DNA of 63,999 nt, counting the filler, from Dimargaris cristalligena (Eukaryota): assembly GCA_003614675.1 (NCBI GenBank). It is 7 parts of 7 records of this genome, joined end to end, with 100 filler letters (N's around TTAATTAATTAA, not from the genome) between each part and the next. Parts side by side here need not be neighbours in the genome. Positions count along the whole stretch, not along the records: positions 37,158 to 46,309 come from ML003283.1; positions 46,410 to 55,556 come from ML003284.1; 5 more parts are not named here. One strand, written 5' to 3'. The notes under the pieces were generated by a model. It ran no database searches, had not been told where the DNA came from, and worked only from the letters and a program-made list of their open reading frames with translations. Of the stretch, positions 37,158-49,797 are shown in pieces. Position 1 is the first letter of the stretch. Every line of letters begins with the position of its first letter. A program made the position numbers and the translations under genes.

Positions 37158-38700
37158 CCTACTGTTAGAAGCCTACCCCCGAGACTCTTGACGGACTAAG
37201 AGTGGATAACTCGGGTGACAGTCTGAAGCAACCTTTTGGCCCATCATGGCCATTTTGGAGTGGAACAACTGTTGTTCAACATACCTAAGCTGGTGGTAGG
37301 TACCATGGTTTGGCTATCTCATAAGAATTACACCCCATTTTTCGGCAGTGTGGGAATAGTGCTATGCTTCATAATGTGAATGGCTGTTGCTCCCATTTTT
37401 TTTTTCACCTAAAGGGATAGGTTAGCCGAGAAAAGTGATATAGGGGTTTTTCTTTCAACTATATATAACGTAGCCCTTTTGTCCCCTATGGTCTTTAAAC
37501 TATTATCATTAAATCTGTGGACTTGTTTACTATGGCGAGTTTATCAAAACATTTTAAGGGCAAAAGGGAGTGGCCTAGTAGGGATTACCCTACGGCTAAT
37601 CCCATAGCTCCAATTATTAAGCCCATCAAGTGGGCTTATCTGCAAGTAAGTATCATTAGTATTTTTTTAATATGCATTTTCTATTTAATTAGCTCTTTAT
37701 GTAGCCCGGCACCTATTTATATAATGCCGCTGTGTATCATTTTATGGACATGGCATATTAAATATTGATACCCCCTATACCACTAGTAGCTATACCAAAG
37801 GGAGCAGCAATGGAGTGATGGCTCCTTACTTCGGTGAAAGCACCATTCCAGCTCCCATTATACTAGTTCTTTGATGTGTGACTTCCAAGTAAATATTCCA
37901 TTAGATAGTTTGGACTTACTTTTATATATTCTAATTTCTAACTACCTGTCCCTATGCCCTATCTCATTCTCAAATATTAATGACAATTTAGATTATGAAC
38001 TTTTTTGGATCACACAAATAAGTGGCCTGGTAATACAACTGTGCCCTCCCCTGTCCCAGAATATAGATCCTGACAGTTCCAGGATGTGTATAATCAAACT
38101 GCATTGTCCACCATAACTTACATTGATCCTCCTTTTTCCCCTTTGTGGCACCTAAGCTGTGACCGCACTCCAGTCCATATGAAGACATGCCTTTACTTGA
38201 ACAGTCAGCACCTGAAGTAGCCCAGTGCCATACCTTACCAACCAATTACCTAGTGTCTAAACTAGATAATATTATTCGCAACTATCAACACCATTCTCCC
38301 AGACATTTCTACCATGGGAGTCAACTTAAATCCCAATACTGATAGATGGCTGTCCAATTGTCTATCACTCCGGAGCATTCTTATACTGCCAACCCTGGTC
38401 CAACTCCCATCTTGGACCTAGACTACCGAAATACTAAGTCGAATGTGGTTTCTAACTAGGGCACTTATTCTTATCATTTACTCACCAATTAATTTGAAAT
38501 ATAGGGCCTTTTACATTTAGCCATTGGTCTCTGTACCCTTGCCTATATGCATAGGCTTTAGGCCTATAGGCTGATTTCCACTCCCCCTTTACCTCATCCT
38601 TTTAATTTAGTCTCTTTCACCCTTCCCGGCTAACATTTATAGCTCTTTTTTTTTGGTTTGGCTTGGTCTCATATCCTCCAAATAATAAATTCTCACATTT
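37158..38700 (+). mobile_element. Degenerate, CpG-poor relic, possibly the 3' end of a Ty3/Gypsy integrase
   Basis: VVGTMVWLSHKNY at ~37292-37331 resembles the Gypsy VGDxVWLSxKN motif. NINDNLDYE near 37975 resembles a chromodomain start. Frames are broken. Confidence 0.3.
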
Positions 38701-40270
38701 CTCTTTATATTTTTTATTCACCTAATAAACACTTTATGTCTTTGTATAGATTATGCCGCAACTATTACTGAACGAGACCTAGATGATCGATGAGATACTT
38801 CTAATTAGTTTACTATGCATCTGACACAATGGCTTTGTCATACCAAATATATTTTGTGGCTAAATATTACTGAAATCTCAAAAGAAATGAATTGTTTGTT
38901 CCTATACTCACCCTATATGCAGCATATCCAGAGAGTCCAGTTTAAAGCAACTGGATGTACGTCTGCAATTCTGAAATGTTTCGATGACCGACCTCTCCAC
39001 CGTTACTCCAGGATCCGCGTAGTATGCGTCCTATTTAATATTGTTGTGCGAGTTGTCGCAACCGAGATCTATTTACTGCGACAGCAATGGGGCACATTAA
39101 TAGCAACGGTGCCTTGGTGGAGGGTGTCAACTTGAGGGGTAAAAGTGGTTTTGGTACATACATGAATAAATAGTGGATTAATGTATCACGGAGACAGAGG
39201 TTTTTAATCCGGGTGGAGGGGATACCTATAAAAGGAACGCGCCTTGGTATTGTTTAGGAATGGTCTTGATGGTACGCGAAGGTGCACAATATACTAGAAG
39301 GTCTCTGAAATGTACCAAGGTGAACCCTGCGGCTTTGCTAAGAGCCTTAAAGGAGTTGTAGTGATTGGAAAGTATCCGGAGAATAGTTTTCTTTTCGCTA
39401 GGCTACCAAGAGGAATATTCTATTGTCCAATTAGACTTAACTCGGCTTTGACTGGGTTTAAAACCAAGATCTATTAGCATTAACCATTTGGTACAACAAG
39501 TGTAGTATTAATAGTTAACTCCAGAGATATTTGTAAACAGCTGACTATTACATATAAAATATATTAAGTTTACCTAATACATTTTGGCATACGGCTGGAC
39601 CCCTTAGCATAACTTCACTTGCTTCGGTGCTGAAATGGCAGTTGGTAGTACTGTATAGTTGCGTAGTACAGGAATAGGGAAATCTTAGGCATTATCGATA
39701 TAATCAGATGCGAGTATTTCTGCAATTTTCCGTCTTATTACGACTTCGGTATTGCCATTGGCCCGGACGAAGAAATCGTACATTACTTCTTGAAGTCGTA
39801 AGTGGAAAGCCGGCCCCAACAAAGATAGCTGGTTCGGTCGCAGAAGCCGTCAATGATGAAGAGTGCTTCAGGATTTATTTATCTTCGATTTTATGCGGTC
39901 TGTTATATTTAAATCCGTCGATGTTCATCGCAAATCTGTGGAGCATGTTCCAAAACGCAATCCTAAGTCAAAGTCCGAGTTCGAGTCCGAGTGCATCACC
40001 CAGTTACGCCCATAGGTATCTCTCCCGGGTATTGTTGAATTACGTACATCTGGTCCGTGTTCGAATTCATACATTTCAATATGGACATCTGTATAGAGTT
40101 CTAGAGAAGAAATAATCGAGGGTAAATTCGAAAGTAGCCATGGTTCCTTGTGTATGCCATTTTTGATTCGGCTTTGTCGATTTACTTGAATTCCTTTAAA
40201 AATAAATTTCTACTCGTTAAATGATTAATTTTTGGTCATCCAGGCACCATCCTCATTCCTGTAGAGATGT

Positions 40271-40391
40271 CGACACCCGCCCGACCGCCCCCTAGGATCG
40301 AGCGTTTTGGTCATACGAATCCCCCATGTCGGGCCTGATCCTCCTCCACTCGGTAGGACCGCACCGAATCCTACCGGTCACACAGGTGTCG
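40271..40391. ncRNA. Candidate 121-nt three-way-junction structured element
   Basis: Perfect stems CGACACC/GGTGTCG, GCCCGAC/GTCGGGC and CGGTAGGA/TCCTACCG in a GC-rich island within AT-rich intergenic DNA. Confidence 0.4.
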
Positions 40392-40762
40392 GTAGTACCC
40401 TATTGCTCTGCTCCCACTTGGAACAAAGAGGGATGACTAAAAAAATATACCACATCACATAGGTTATTATATGTTATTTCTATTTAGGTTTGATAGTTAG
40501 TCAAATTACGCTGTATCCATTGAACCTAACCATTTAAAATATACTCTACCAACTATAGTATTGAATAATAACCAACTGCCTTGAAGTACCGCATACCCAC
40601 CCCTAGCTAATTTCGACATTTTTGCACCCTTTAATCAATGTGTATATAACTTTAGTATTTCCGATATTAACAACTATTGATTAGTCGCCATAGCTGAATA
40701 AGAATTAAGTATTGATACCTCCCTCTCCCCCTTCACGGCGTAAATGCATGTAGAGAGTGGGT

Positions 40763-43751
40763 CTAGTAAGCATTAATGAGTTTTTGTAGCTGAATATTCT
40801 CGGCTTCCAGGGTTTCCGCCAATTGGTGGGCCTTTTCTAATTTGCCCATTAGCCAACCGATCCGCCCCCCGAGCTGATCGGGAACGGTCGCATTGGGATC
40901 GAGCGTAGTGTGGTGAGTTGGGATCACCCAAGATACCCACCAGGTGGGTTTTAAGACGCGGGGAACATACCCCGACCAGGTCGACGTTAAGGGAGATAGC
41001 CGGCTACCCATGCCTCCTCCGGAGCTGGTTAGGAAGGCGGGGCTGGGAATCCCTTTGAAACCAGCGATACCCTCGAGACGTTGTAATTCGGTTTCGTATT
41101 TGCCAATGGCCACGTTATGCTGGTCAATGAGGGCTTTGTTGGTACGGATTTGCATAGCCGCGGCGTATACGCCATCCTCCTGGATGAATTTGAAGGCCGT
41201 ACTAAGTACTGGACGGGCCGGGCGGATGACAGCGGGTCGACCTGTTCGTGGGGGATAGTAAGATTACACATAAACGAGGGTGGTATTTCCCATTAATAAT
41301 AATTAGTATCCCCTGGCGAGGCCAAATACTGAATAATAGGGTGGGGTTTGCCCACGTGATGATTGGATCATTTTTAGCACATGCGCTCCCGGAATATGTG
41401 CTTGACTTACCGTTGTTTTGCACAATACTAATGAGTCCGGCGTATTCCATAGCCAAGAGCGCCTGTTCGTCCCCGATAAACAACGGGGATGCCAAGAGGG
41501 TATAATAGTTAAGGGACGGTTTCTGAGCCAGTGATTTCATAATGGTCCAAAACTGAATGGTGCTCCACTTTCGTTTCGCGTCCGCCATATTGGTATCCTC
41601 GGAGTCCTGGTCGGATAAAGCAAATTTACGCACTTCGGCCGCGGTTTTCGTCACAATGTCATCCACCGCTTCCGTGATGGGTTGGCCCCCTTTCACTTTG
41701 CGGACCAGGAGTTCAAGGTCAGTGAGTCGGCCGCCCAGACACACCACGGCGGTCTCCAGTTGTCGGACCAGGGTTTGGTAATCCGCGTGGTCCCGGTCCG
41801 AAGCGGTGGGCGGGGGAACGTCATCCAAATCTAGCTGGTACTTGAGTACCTCGAGGGCACTTTCGGGGGACGGGTCCGCAAGGACAAGGTTGTTGAGGGA
41901 CTTGTGGGGCAATACCCGACTGAGGGTTTTGGACGCGGCCACATTGGAGGACACGAACAAAACGTGGGCCGCTTGGTTTTCGGTGAGCAGGGCCGCCCAT
42001 TTGGCCAGGATTTCCCAGAGCACTTTCTGGTGCTCGTCCGTGTCGCGGCACATGTACCCGGTGATCACAATCAACGGCGTATCGGTAGAAATGTACGAGT
42101 CTTCCGACTCACTTAGGTCGGTGGCTTGGGCCCCATTGGTCGCCCCCTCCGCATTGTCGGGGGTAGCGCCACCGGGGGTCGCTGTGGGACTGTTTCCTTT
42201 ACTTTGCAACGCAACGGACGGCCCATTGGGGTGACCCGGGCCAAACACCCGTTTCCACAGGGTAGTTAGTCCGGAATCGGGCTGCGCCCGGGCTTCCGCC
42301 CTTTCCTCGGCCCGTTCCTCCGCCACATTTTCCCGAACATTGTGGATAGCTACCGCAACACACTCGAGCACTTTTTCCAATTGGGCCTCGGCACTGGCGG
42401 ATAGGCCCGCTTTCTGGCCGGTCGTGGTGGCAATGGCCATATCCATTAAATTAGTCACACTCTGCATGAAACTGAAGACGGGACGGTAGCCGACCTGTTT
42501 GGCCAAGAGAACCAGCATTTCCCGCTCGTTACGGGCCCGGGCCACTTCGTTGGCGTTGATGGTCAGTCGGTAGGGTCGGTCCCGGGTGACTTGGCGCACA
42601 ATCTCGGACTTCCCCGTGCCGTGGGGGCCCTGGACTAAGGTGAACGTTTCGGGGACTTCGTGGAGCCATTTCTCCAAACGCTGGCGATCCTGCTGCCGTT
42701 CGGACCAAGTGGCCAGTCGCCGGCCGTCCAGGCCATCGGAGGGGGCGTGAAAGATGCGGTGGATGGTCTGGCGACTCAGCCACCGCAGCATTGGGTAACT
42801 ATCCCACTGGAACCGTTGTAATAGGTTACATTCGATGAAGAACACCCGCACCGGGTCGAAGACGGCGTAGACAATGGCAATGAACGCACCGGCCAAGAGG
42901 GGAAGGACAAGGCGGGGGTGGGAGGTTAGCCAGTCCCAAATGTATTTTTTACGCATGATGCGTTCGTAGGAGAGGATAAGATCGGTGTCACCCAAGGGAA
43001 TGCCATGGAGACAGTTGCGGGCGCTCGCGGCGGACCGAATGCGGGTGTACTGGATGATGGCGTAGCGGGGGGAGTCCTTGACCGCAGGAGGGTGGATGGT
43101 AATGTCGAATATGCGGCCAAAGGGACGGAAGGTGCGGTAAAGGGCTTCGATGGTCGGATCCGGCCCCTGAAATTCGACCCGCAGGCGGGGTGAAGGGTAC
43201 CAGTTGATGAGATCCTCGGTAAACGGGTGGCCCTGAACCCGGAAGGCCCGGGTTTTTTGGATATTGAACCAATTCCGGGCGACCCGGTTGGCCACATGGC
43301 GCTCAATATCGCGATCCAGCTTATCGTACACCTGGCTCACTTCGGCCTGGTCTAATGGCGAAAGGGAACTACCGTCACCACTCTCACTATTCTGGTAGGC
43401 CAGCTTGACCAAGGCGCCGCCTTCCTTGACCCGGGGGATAACGTCTTTAACCACTAGGCCCTGTGGCAACTTCTGGGGTACTAGGCAGTGGTTAATATGC
43501 TTTTCCAGCCCCTGGTGGGACCGTATAAAGAGATAGCCTCGGAAATCGAACTGGTTGAACTTGATGGGGTAAATGTTGTCGAAATAGACGCACAGGTCCG
43601 GGGCGGTTGGGTCAGTGGTGGGCGGAGTTGAGTCCCAGGGCACTGGTTTGGTTTCGGTCAGCCAACGTTTGGGAATTACCAGTGGGCGGAGTCTGCGGCC
43701 CTGGAGTGGAGGCCGCCGTATGGACGAGCCCCACAAACGGGCGATAGTCAT
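40763..43751 (-). CDS. YME2: Mitochondrial escape protein 2 (Yme2/Rna12: RRM, TM, P-loop domain); exons 43751-41411 and 41241-40763
   Basis: VYFDNIYP, PRVKEGGALVK, LYRTFRPFGRIFDI, AASARNCLHG, WLTSHPRLVLP, VQGPHGTGKS and LGGRLTDLE. Spliced GRPAVIRPARPV across the intron at 41410-41242. Confidence 0.92.
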
Positions 43752-44684
43752 GGGGGTAAGTGCGGGGGAGGACCAAACCGAAAAGTATACAAAACTAGAG
43801 AAGGGCTGAGGCGTAGCAAAAGATGAAATGTGAGGTTGAAATGGCAAATGGATCGAAGGAAAGGCTTTTGGGTATTGTAGGAAGTTCTTAAGGGCCGTCC
43901 TTTGGCGGAACCCACACTGCTCGAGATAAGTATAATATGGGCATGTGCCACTACTATATCGGACAAACCATACGCCATACACTACTGACTGGGTCCAGGA
44001 CTGGGGTTAAACTAGGGCTTTTTCTGGTGTAACTTCCCAGGGATTTCGTATCTGTTGCCGGATACTTGGGAACAACCACCAATTGGACCCAAAACTACTG
44101 TAGCCAGCCAATTTGCTTGGATTGCCAATGCTGATATTTATAATACTAGGGGAAAACTAAGAAGCCCCTGAATTAGACATATTTCCTAGGGCCCCCTAAG
44201 ATCCGGCTGTTTGAACGGCCATGCTTAATTGACCATACAGTTTGTCTTCGAATCAAACGAGGCCGCCCAATACGGCCCTACTCAAGCAATCCCCTTGTAT
44301 TGCCGGAATAGTCGTTTAACGGGTTTTGGGGAAAGGACTGGCCTACTCAAAGATTGCTCATCGATTGATCAGGGGAAAGGAGAAGAAGGGGGGATTTCAA
44401 GGAGTGATGCCCTCTCCCTTGCGGTGGGAATACATCCGAAACGAAGCGCTACCGACATCAGTCAATCATACAATATATGGATACACTCTGATTACTTGAT
44501 AGCCTCCACCACCACACTGATAGCGGCCTTGATTAGCCAGCTATTTAGACCCCGCTTTAGCCGTCCCTCCTCCTCCTCGTCCCCATTACTTTGTTTCCCT
44601 GGAACCTACTACTATCTGCGTGTGTTCCTCTTACAACCTTCAAAATACTCCTCTCAGACTCTCCATATTCCACTACGCTTGACC

Positions 44685-45545
44685 ATGACCCTCGGCAGTC
44701 CCAAGCCCACCACCCCCAGCGTCTCCGGCGACACCTGCCGGTTTGACACCCACGCCTCCCTCGCCACGCTCAAGAGCCCCCTCAACCAGCCCGCCACCTC
44801 CCCGGGCCACAGTCACGGTCATAGCCATAGTCACGATCACCAAGTCATTGAGCACGGCCACACCCATGACGTTCTCGACCACCCAGGCTTGTACAATGAG
44901 CGCGACCCGCCGCGGTACCAGCAGCGGGACTGGTCTGAACGGGCCTTCACCGTGGGTATCGGGGGTCCCGTCGGCAGTGGCAAAACCGCGCTCATGCTCG
45001 CGCTCTGTCAGACCCTCGCCCCCGCCCACAACATCGCCTGCGTAACCAATGACATCTTCACCCAGGAGGACGCCGAATTCCTCATCCGCCATAAAGCCCT
45101 CCCCGCTGACCGCATCGCCGCTATTGAAACCGGGGGTTGTCCCCATGCCGCCATCCGCGAGGACATTTCCGCCAACCTCAATGCCCTCGAAACTCTGCAG
45201 GCCAAACACCACTGCGAGCTCCTTCTCGTGGAATCCGGCGGGGATAATTTGGCCGCCAATTACAGTCGCGAATTAGCCGATTACATTATTTATGTCATTG
45301 ATGTGGCCGGTGGGGATAAAATTCCCCGCAAGGGCGGCCCGGGTATCACCCAGAGTGACTTGTTGGTGATTAATAAGATTGATTTGGCCCCGTTGGTCGG
45401 CGCCGATTTGGGCGTCATGGATCGGGATGCCCGAAAAATGCGCGGGTCCGGCCCGACCATCTTCGCCCACGTCCGCGGTGGCAAGGGTGTCGATGGTATT
45501 GTCAAGGAGATCCTGACCGCCTACCGTGAAGCCACCCATCATTAA
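44685..45545 (+). CDS. ureG: Urease accessory GTPase UreG with His-rich N-terminus
   Basis: [62 protein letters not shown] and NKIDL. Confidence 0.95.
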   Translation: MTLGSPKPTTPSVSGDTCRFDTHASLATLKSPLNQPATSPGHSHGHSHSHDHQVIEHGHTHDVLDHPGLYNERDPPRYQQRDWSERAFTVGIGGPVGSGKTALMLALCQTLAPAHNIACVTNDIFTQEDAEFLIRHKALPADRIAAIETGGCPHAAIREDISANLNALETLQAKHHCELLLVESGGDNLAANYSRELADYIIYVIDVAGGDKIPRKGGPGITQSDLLVINKIDLAPLVGADLGVMDRDARKMRGSGPTIFAHVRGGKGVDGIVKEILTAYREATHH

Positions 45546-46409
45546 AGTGGTGTACGCGAGGCACAGGTGTGTAAGGGGGGTTAGGCATGCGATAGAACGG
45601 CGGGAGGAGGAGGAGGGTCGACTCGGTGGTAGCCGACTGCCTCCAGGGGTTTCGCACCCTTTCGTTCGTTATTTTCCTTTCATTGCATCATTACTACACC
45701 CATATCCCCCTTATGCTTTCCCATCACCCCCCTCCCGCAGCTAGATCCACCATTGCCAAGTGTCTATTATCCCTTGCCGATGCTGGCTCGCTTTGCGGTT
45801 TCCCCATAGTACAATGAGTCCGAACCTTTAAATTTGCACTACCCTGGCTATATGTATCCCCCTTACCCTATTAGCACTCGCCACTCACACCATACTTGCA
45901 TCAATTGAAACTCTACAATATATAAATACGGACTCACTCAGGGGCCAAACGAGAAGAAATGACAGTCAACTAGCCAATCCCGCCTGATCCCCTCGCCCGA
46001 TAAACTGCAGAAATAGGGTGCATGGCGTGCGGCCCCATTGTACCCACGAAGAGTGTGTGTCTTGGTGGTGACATGGGTCCAGCAGGCATATTATAAAGTG
46101 GAAAGGGAAGAGAATATCGTATATTTTACAATACCCATCAGAGGTGGGAGGGCAATCATTATACAGCAATTATACCCTTATACTTCATTTAATCCCGAGT
46201 TATATGCCAGTGGTCGAAAGACGGGTAGGTAGCGTGACTGATGTTGGTGGTGGGTGAGGGCGTACTGTTGAGACCCTGAAAACCAGTCCAACTTAACGAG
46301 TGCGTCGCGNNNNNNNNNNNNNNNNNNNNNNNNNNNNNNNNNNNNNNNNNNNNTTAATTAATTAANNNNNNNNNNNNNNNNNNNNNNNNNNNNNNNNNNN
46401 NNNNNNNNN

Positions 46410-48230
46410 GATCGGGAGCGCCAGGCGTTCGAACAACGCATTGCCGACCTGGAGGACCGGGTGCAGCGGGAGGCCCGGGCCCTGCGGGATGCGATGGCCC
46501 ACCGTGATACCCTGCAACGCGAGATTGTGGGCATGTGCGGCGACTACGAGTGTCAGATTGAGGGCCTGAAGGGTGAGTTGGAGCGGACACAGAACAACGC
46601 CCGTGCTTCGGAGGACCAACTGCGGGGCCAGTTGGCGGAGGCTGAATCAACTTCCACTGATCTGCGGGGTGAGAACGATGGCCTCCGTCACAGCCTGACC
46701 CAGGCCGAAGACCGTTTGGGATCCCTCGCTCTGGCCCTGGAAACCCAGGCTAGCGAATCGAAAGACATGCTGGATCGGTTATCCCGGCAGCATGAGCAGG
46801 AACAAGGCGAGCGGCAACGTCTGGAATCTGAGCTAAAAGACCGGGACCAGCTAGTATTGCGGTTAGAGACTCGTCTGAAGGACCTGACCCTAGCGCTGAC
46901 CCAGGCCCAGGACAGCCAGCGTCTGACCAGTGATACCAACACAACTGAGCAGCGGGCCCTGAATCAGAAAATTATCGATCTCCAGGCCGAACTGGTCAAC
47001 GTTGGCAGAGAGAAGGTCGAGCTGGTGGTGCAACACCAACAGGAAATCACCAGCCTGCACGCTGAGCTACAGGCGGCCCAAGCGCGGGAGCTCAATCAGG
47101 CCCACGAGTTGGACCTGCTCCGGAACTCGGTGGGTGACCTCCAGCAGAAGCTGCAACGCGCCAATCGACTGATGAAGCAGCGCGAGTCCCGGTTCCTGAT
47201 TGAGTTGAAGAGCGTTGACGCCCAAATTACCGAGCTTCACGCAAGTAAGCGGCGCCTGATGGAACAGTTCGAGCAAGACGCCCGGCCTACGGAGGACCTG
47301 TTGGCCGCGGCGATGGACGAAGACGACGACATCAGGGATGCCGAGGACGAGTCGACCCGGGAAGCCCAGGCGATCGCCCCCACCCTCTTGACATCGAAAG
47401 TGGCGGTCGAAACGACCCGTACCCTAGAACTACTGGATCGCCAGCGGCGGGCGCTCACCGCCACCTACCACTTGAATGAGCAGAAATGGCTGACTGAAAA
47501 TGAAAACCTCGTCGATGAAATCGAGCTCCTCCGTAGCCAAATCCGCTCGCTCGAGCACGACCGGGACACCCTCGGCCGGCAATGGGCCCGGGACATCCAC
47601 GCCAATGTATCCCATTTGGTCGAACACCACACCCGGTCCAGTCGGGCCATCGACGAGGTCATCCACCAATGCCAACTGGAACTGCGTCTGGCCGAGACCG
47701 CCCTACACAAGCTCCAGGTGCCCCTGCAACAGGCCCGCGAGGAAATCCAGGCCCTGCACACCCAACGCGAGGAACTGCAACTGCAATGGGATAAACACCG
47801 CCAGCAACTGGAGTCGGAGCGGGAGGACCTGGAGGCCCAATTACGCCTTCACGGGGACGAAATCCGGGGCCTGGAGGCCCAGCTGAAGGAAGACGAGGCG
47901 GGCCGGGATGAGGCTATCGACAGGGGTACTGCCAATAGCGACAGTGAAGACGATGGCAACCAATCGCCACTCTCTCCCCGCTCGACACTCACACGCATCG
48001 CCGATCTGAAACAACTTAACGAAGAACTGCAGGACAACTTAACCCAGTCCTCCTCCGAGCTCGCCGACCGCTCCGCCGACCACCAGCGTCTGATGGACGA
48101 TATGGACGCACAGATCCGGGAGCTAGAGCAGAGTGTTCAGACTATCGACGAGACCTACGAATTCCGCCACCGCGACTTCCAGGCCAAAGAGGCCCAGCTG
48201 CAAAGGGCACTGGCCGATCAACCGGTGTAG
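46410..48230 (+). CDS. Long coiled-coil protein, 5'-truncated
   Basis: Frame open from the contig start. L/E/Q/R-rich heptads over about 600 aa. No family recognised. Confidence 0.75.
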   Translation, partial: DRERQAFEQRIADLEDRVQREARALRDAMAHRDTLQREIVGMCGDYECQIEGLKGELERTQNNARASEDQLRGQLAEAESTSTDLRGENDGLRHSLTQAEDRLGSLALALETQASESKDMLDRLSRQHEQEQGERQRLESELKDRDQLVLRLETRLKDLTLALTQAQDSQRLTSDTNTTEQRALNQKIIDLQAELVNVGREKVELVVQHQQEITSLHAELQAAQARELNQAHELDLLRNSVGDLQQKLQRANRLMKQRESRFLIELKSVDAQITELHASKRRLMEQFEQDARPTEDLLAAAMDEDDDIRDAEDESTREAQAIAPTLLTSKVAVETTRTLELLDRQRRALTATYHLNEQKWLTENENLVDEIELLRSQIRSLEHDRDTLGRQWARDIHANVSHLVEHHTRSSRAIDEVIHQCQLELRLAETALHKLQVPLQQAREEIQALHTQREELQLQWDKHRQQLESEREDLEAQLRLHGDEIRGLEAQLKEDEAGRDEAIDRGTANSDSEDDGNQSPLSPRSTLTRIADLKQLNEELQDNLTQSSSELADRSADHQRLMDDMDAQIRELEQSVQTIDETYEFRHRDFQAKEAQLQRALADQPV

Positions 48231-49368
48231 TTTTAGATGCTCGCCTTTTTGTGGCACTGCCATATCACTTTTATAATCTCTGCTTATCCCCTCCCCCCAT
48301 AATATTACCATCGTTTATGTATCCGACCAAACACTGAGTGAAAAGGGAAACGAGTAAAATCCGCCATATATTTTATAGCGCCTCTCCCTTCAATGGCCGC
48401 CTTCCAATTGCTTCATTCACTTTCCAAAATGCCAATTCATACTTTCTATCCCCACTCGAATCCGACCCTTTAATGATGATTTACTAAGCTATATTTACTT
48501 TTCTGTTTTTCGCCACTGTTACTCATTCTGCGTCACCCCTCCAATCCAAGTTGTATATCTATTAACCTGCTCGACTGTATTACTCCCCCCCATCCCTGTC
48601 TCGTTAGACAACCGGTTTTACACTGATACCTTTTGCATCATTTGGCCCTCCTTAAATTATCCCTTTAAGTGGTATCATATTTCACATATCCCACCCCCTT
48701 TCCACCATTTTCCCCAATAAATATTCCCCTTTGTTGTTCATAAAGTCTAGATAAATCAACCTCATCAATCTGGGAGAGGTTCCACCAGGCTTTTAAACGA
48801 AAAATCCGCTGGATGAGGTAAATGGTACTACTAAAAAACGAATCCTCCACCTATTATCCCATACACACATCACGATTAAACCCCTATTCACCAGAGCTAT
48901 ATCTTACCCAGATTCTTTTTGCAGACCTTATTGCATACGGGGACCCGATGAAACTGGTAATATGCTAACAGACGCTGTATATGAAAAGAGGTACCACACC
49001 AACTGGTTGGCAACCTACTGCTACGGGACATAATAGTATGTGTCCCCTAATCTGAATGAATGGAATGGGGTTTACGGTATCTCATCCTAGGCTACATGGG
49101 CTATCTGTGTGAGCAACTCTTTTGAATTCGATTGCTGTAGACTTTGCTGGTCGGATTTATTAAACGGCTAATCAGGCGATTAAAAGAATGTCGAAAAGAA
49201 CCGGTGGGCGGCCGCCTATCATAAAACCCATATAGAGGGTAATTGTAGGCGCAAGGGTGAAAATAAAAATAAATAAATAACAGTCCTTAGTTGCCATTTG
49301 GTAAAGTGGCTCAAAAAGCTCTAAAGGAGCGGGAGGGATGGCTAAATGCAAACCATTGCCTGTTAACC

Positions 49369-49797
49369 TCAAAGTGGCCGTCCCGTAAGAGCCTGATGAT
49401 AATTGCTCAGTGTCTCCAGGTCTTTCTGGGGTGTAGAAGGCGGGTATCTGGAGGTATCCGCGTACTTGTAAAAACCATCGAGCATAGAATCCCATCTTTT
49501 GTGCGTAGCTTCCGGTTCATCTTCCGGCTGGGGATGGGACCTCGCATAATTACTATGGGGCTTTGGGTTATTCAAATATAGACTCAATGGAACGACGTAA
49601 TTAGTGCTTTGGAATAAAGCGTTGTACATTTCCGACGTCAGTTGGCTGGGCGGAGGAAATTGCCCGGGGGAATAAGCGGACATGTCCAGTGTATTTCCCG
49701 GATATACAGGGACCGGAATGGCGGCGACATTAGCTACAAGAATACACAATGCCCAAAGGGTCACCATGCGGACCAAACTGCCGAGTGTCTGGGACAT
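49369..49797 (-). CDS. Orphan small secreted protein (142 aa)
   Basis: Signal-like LVRMVTLWALCILVANVAA|IP and an upstream TATATAAAA near 49960-49968. A single KR dibasic site. Confidence 0.65.
   Translation of the reverse strand: MSQTLGSLVRMVTLWALCILVANVAAIPVPVYPGNTLDMSAYSPGQFPPPSQLTSEMYNALFQSTNYVVPLSLYLNNPKPHSNYARSHPQPEDEPEATHKRWDSMLDGFYKYADTSRYPPSTPQKDLETLSNYHQALTGRPL

Noticed and set aside
39708..40115. 135-aa plus-strand ORF and coding-like fragments on the opposite strand
   Set aside because: No recognisable motif and the minus frames are interrupted. At most a decayed pseudogene.
40271..40391. 5S rRNA call for the 121-nt three-way junction
   Set aside because: Length and topology are similar, but the conserved CCGATC, GAAGTTAAGC and loop E AGTA/GAA motifs are absent.
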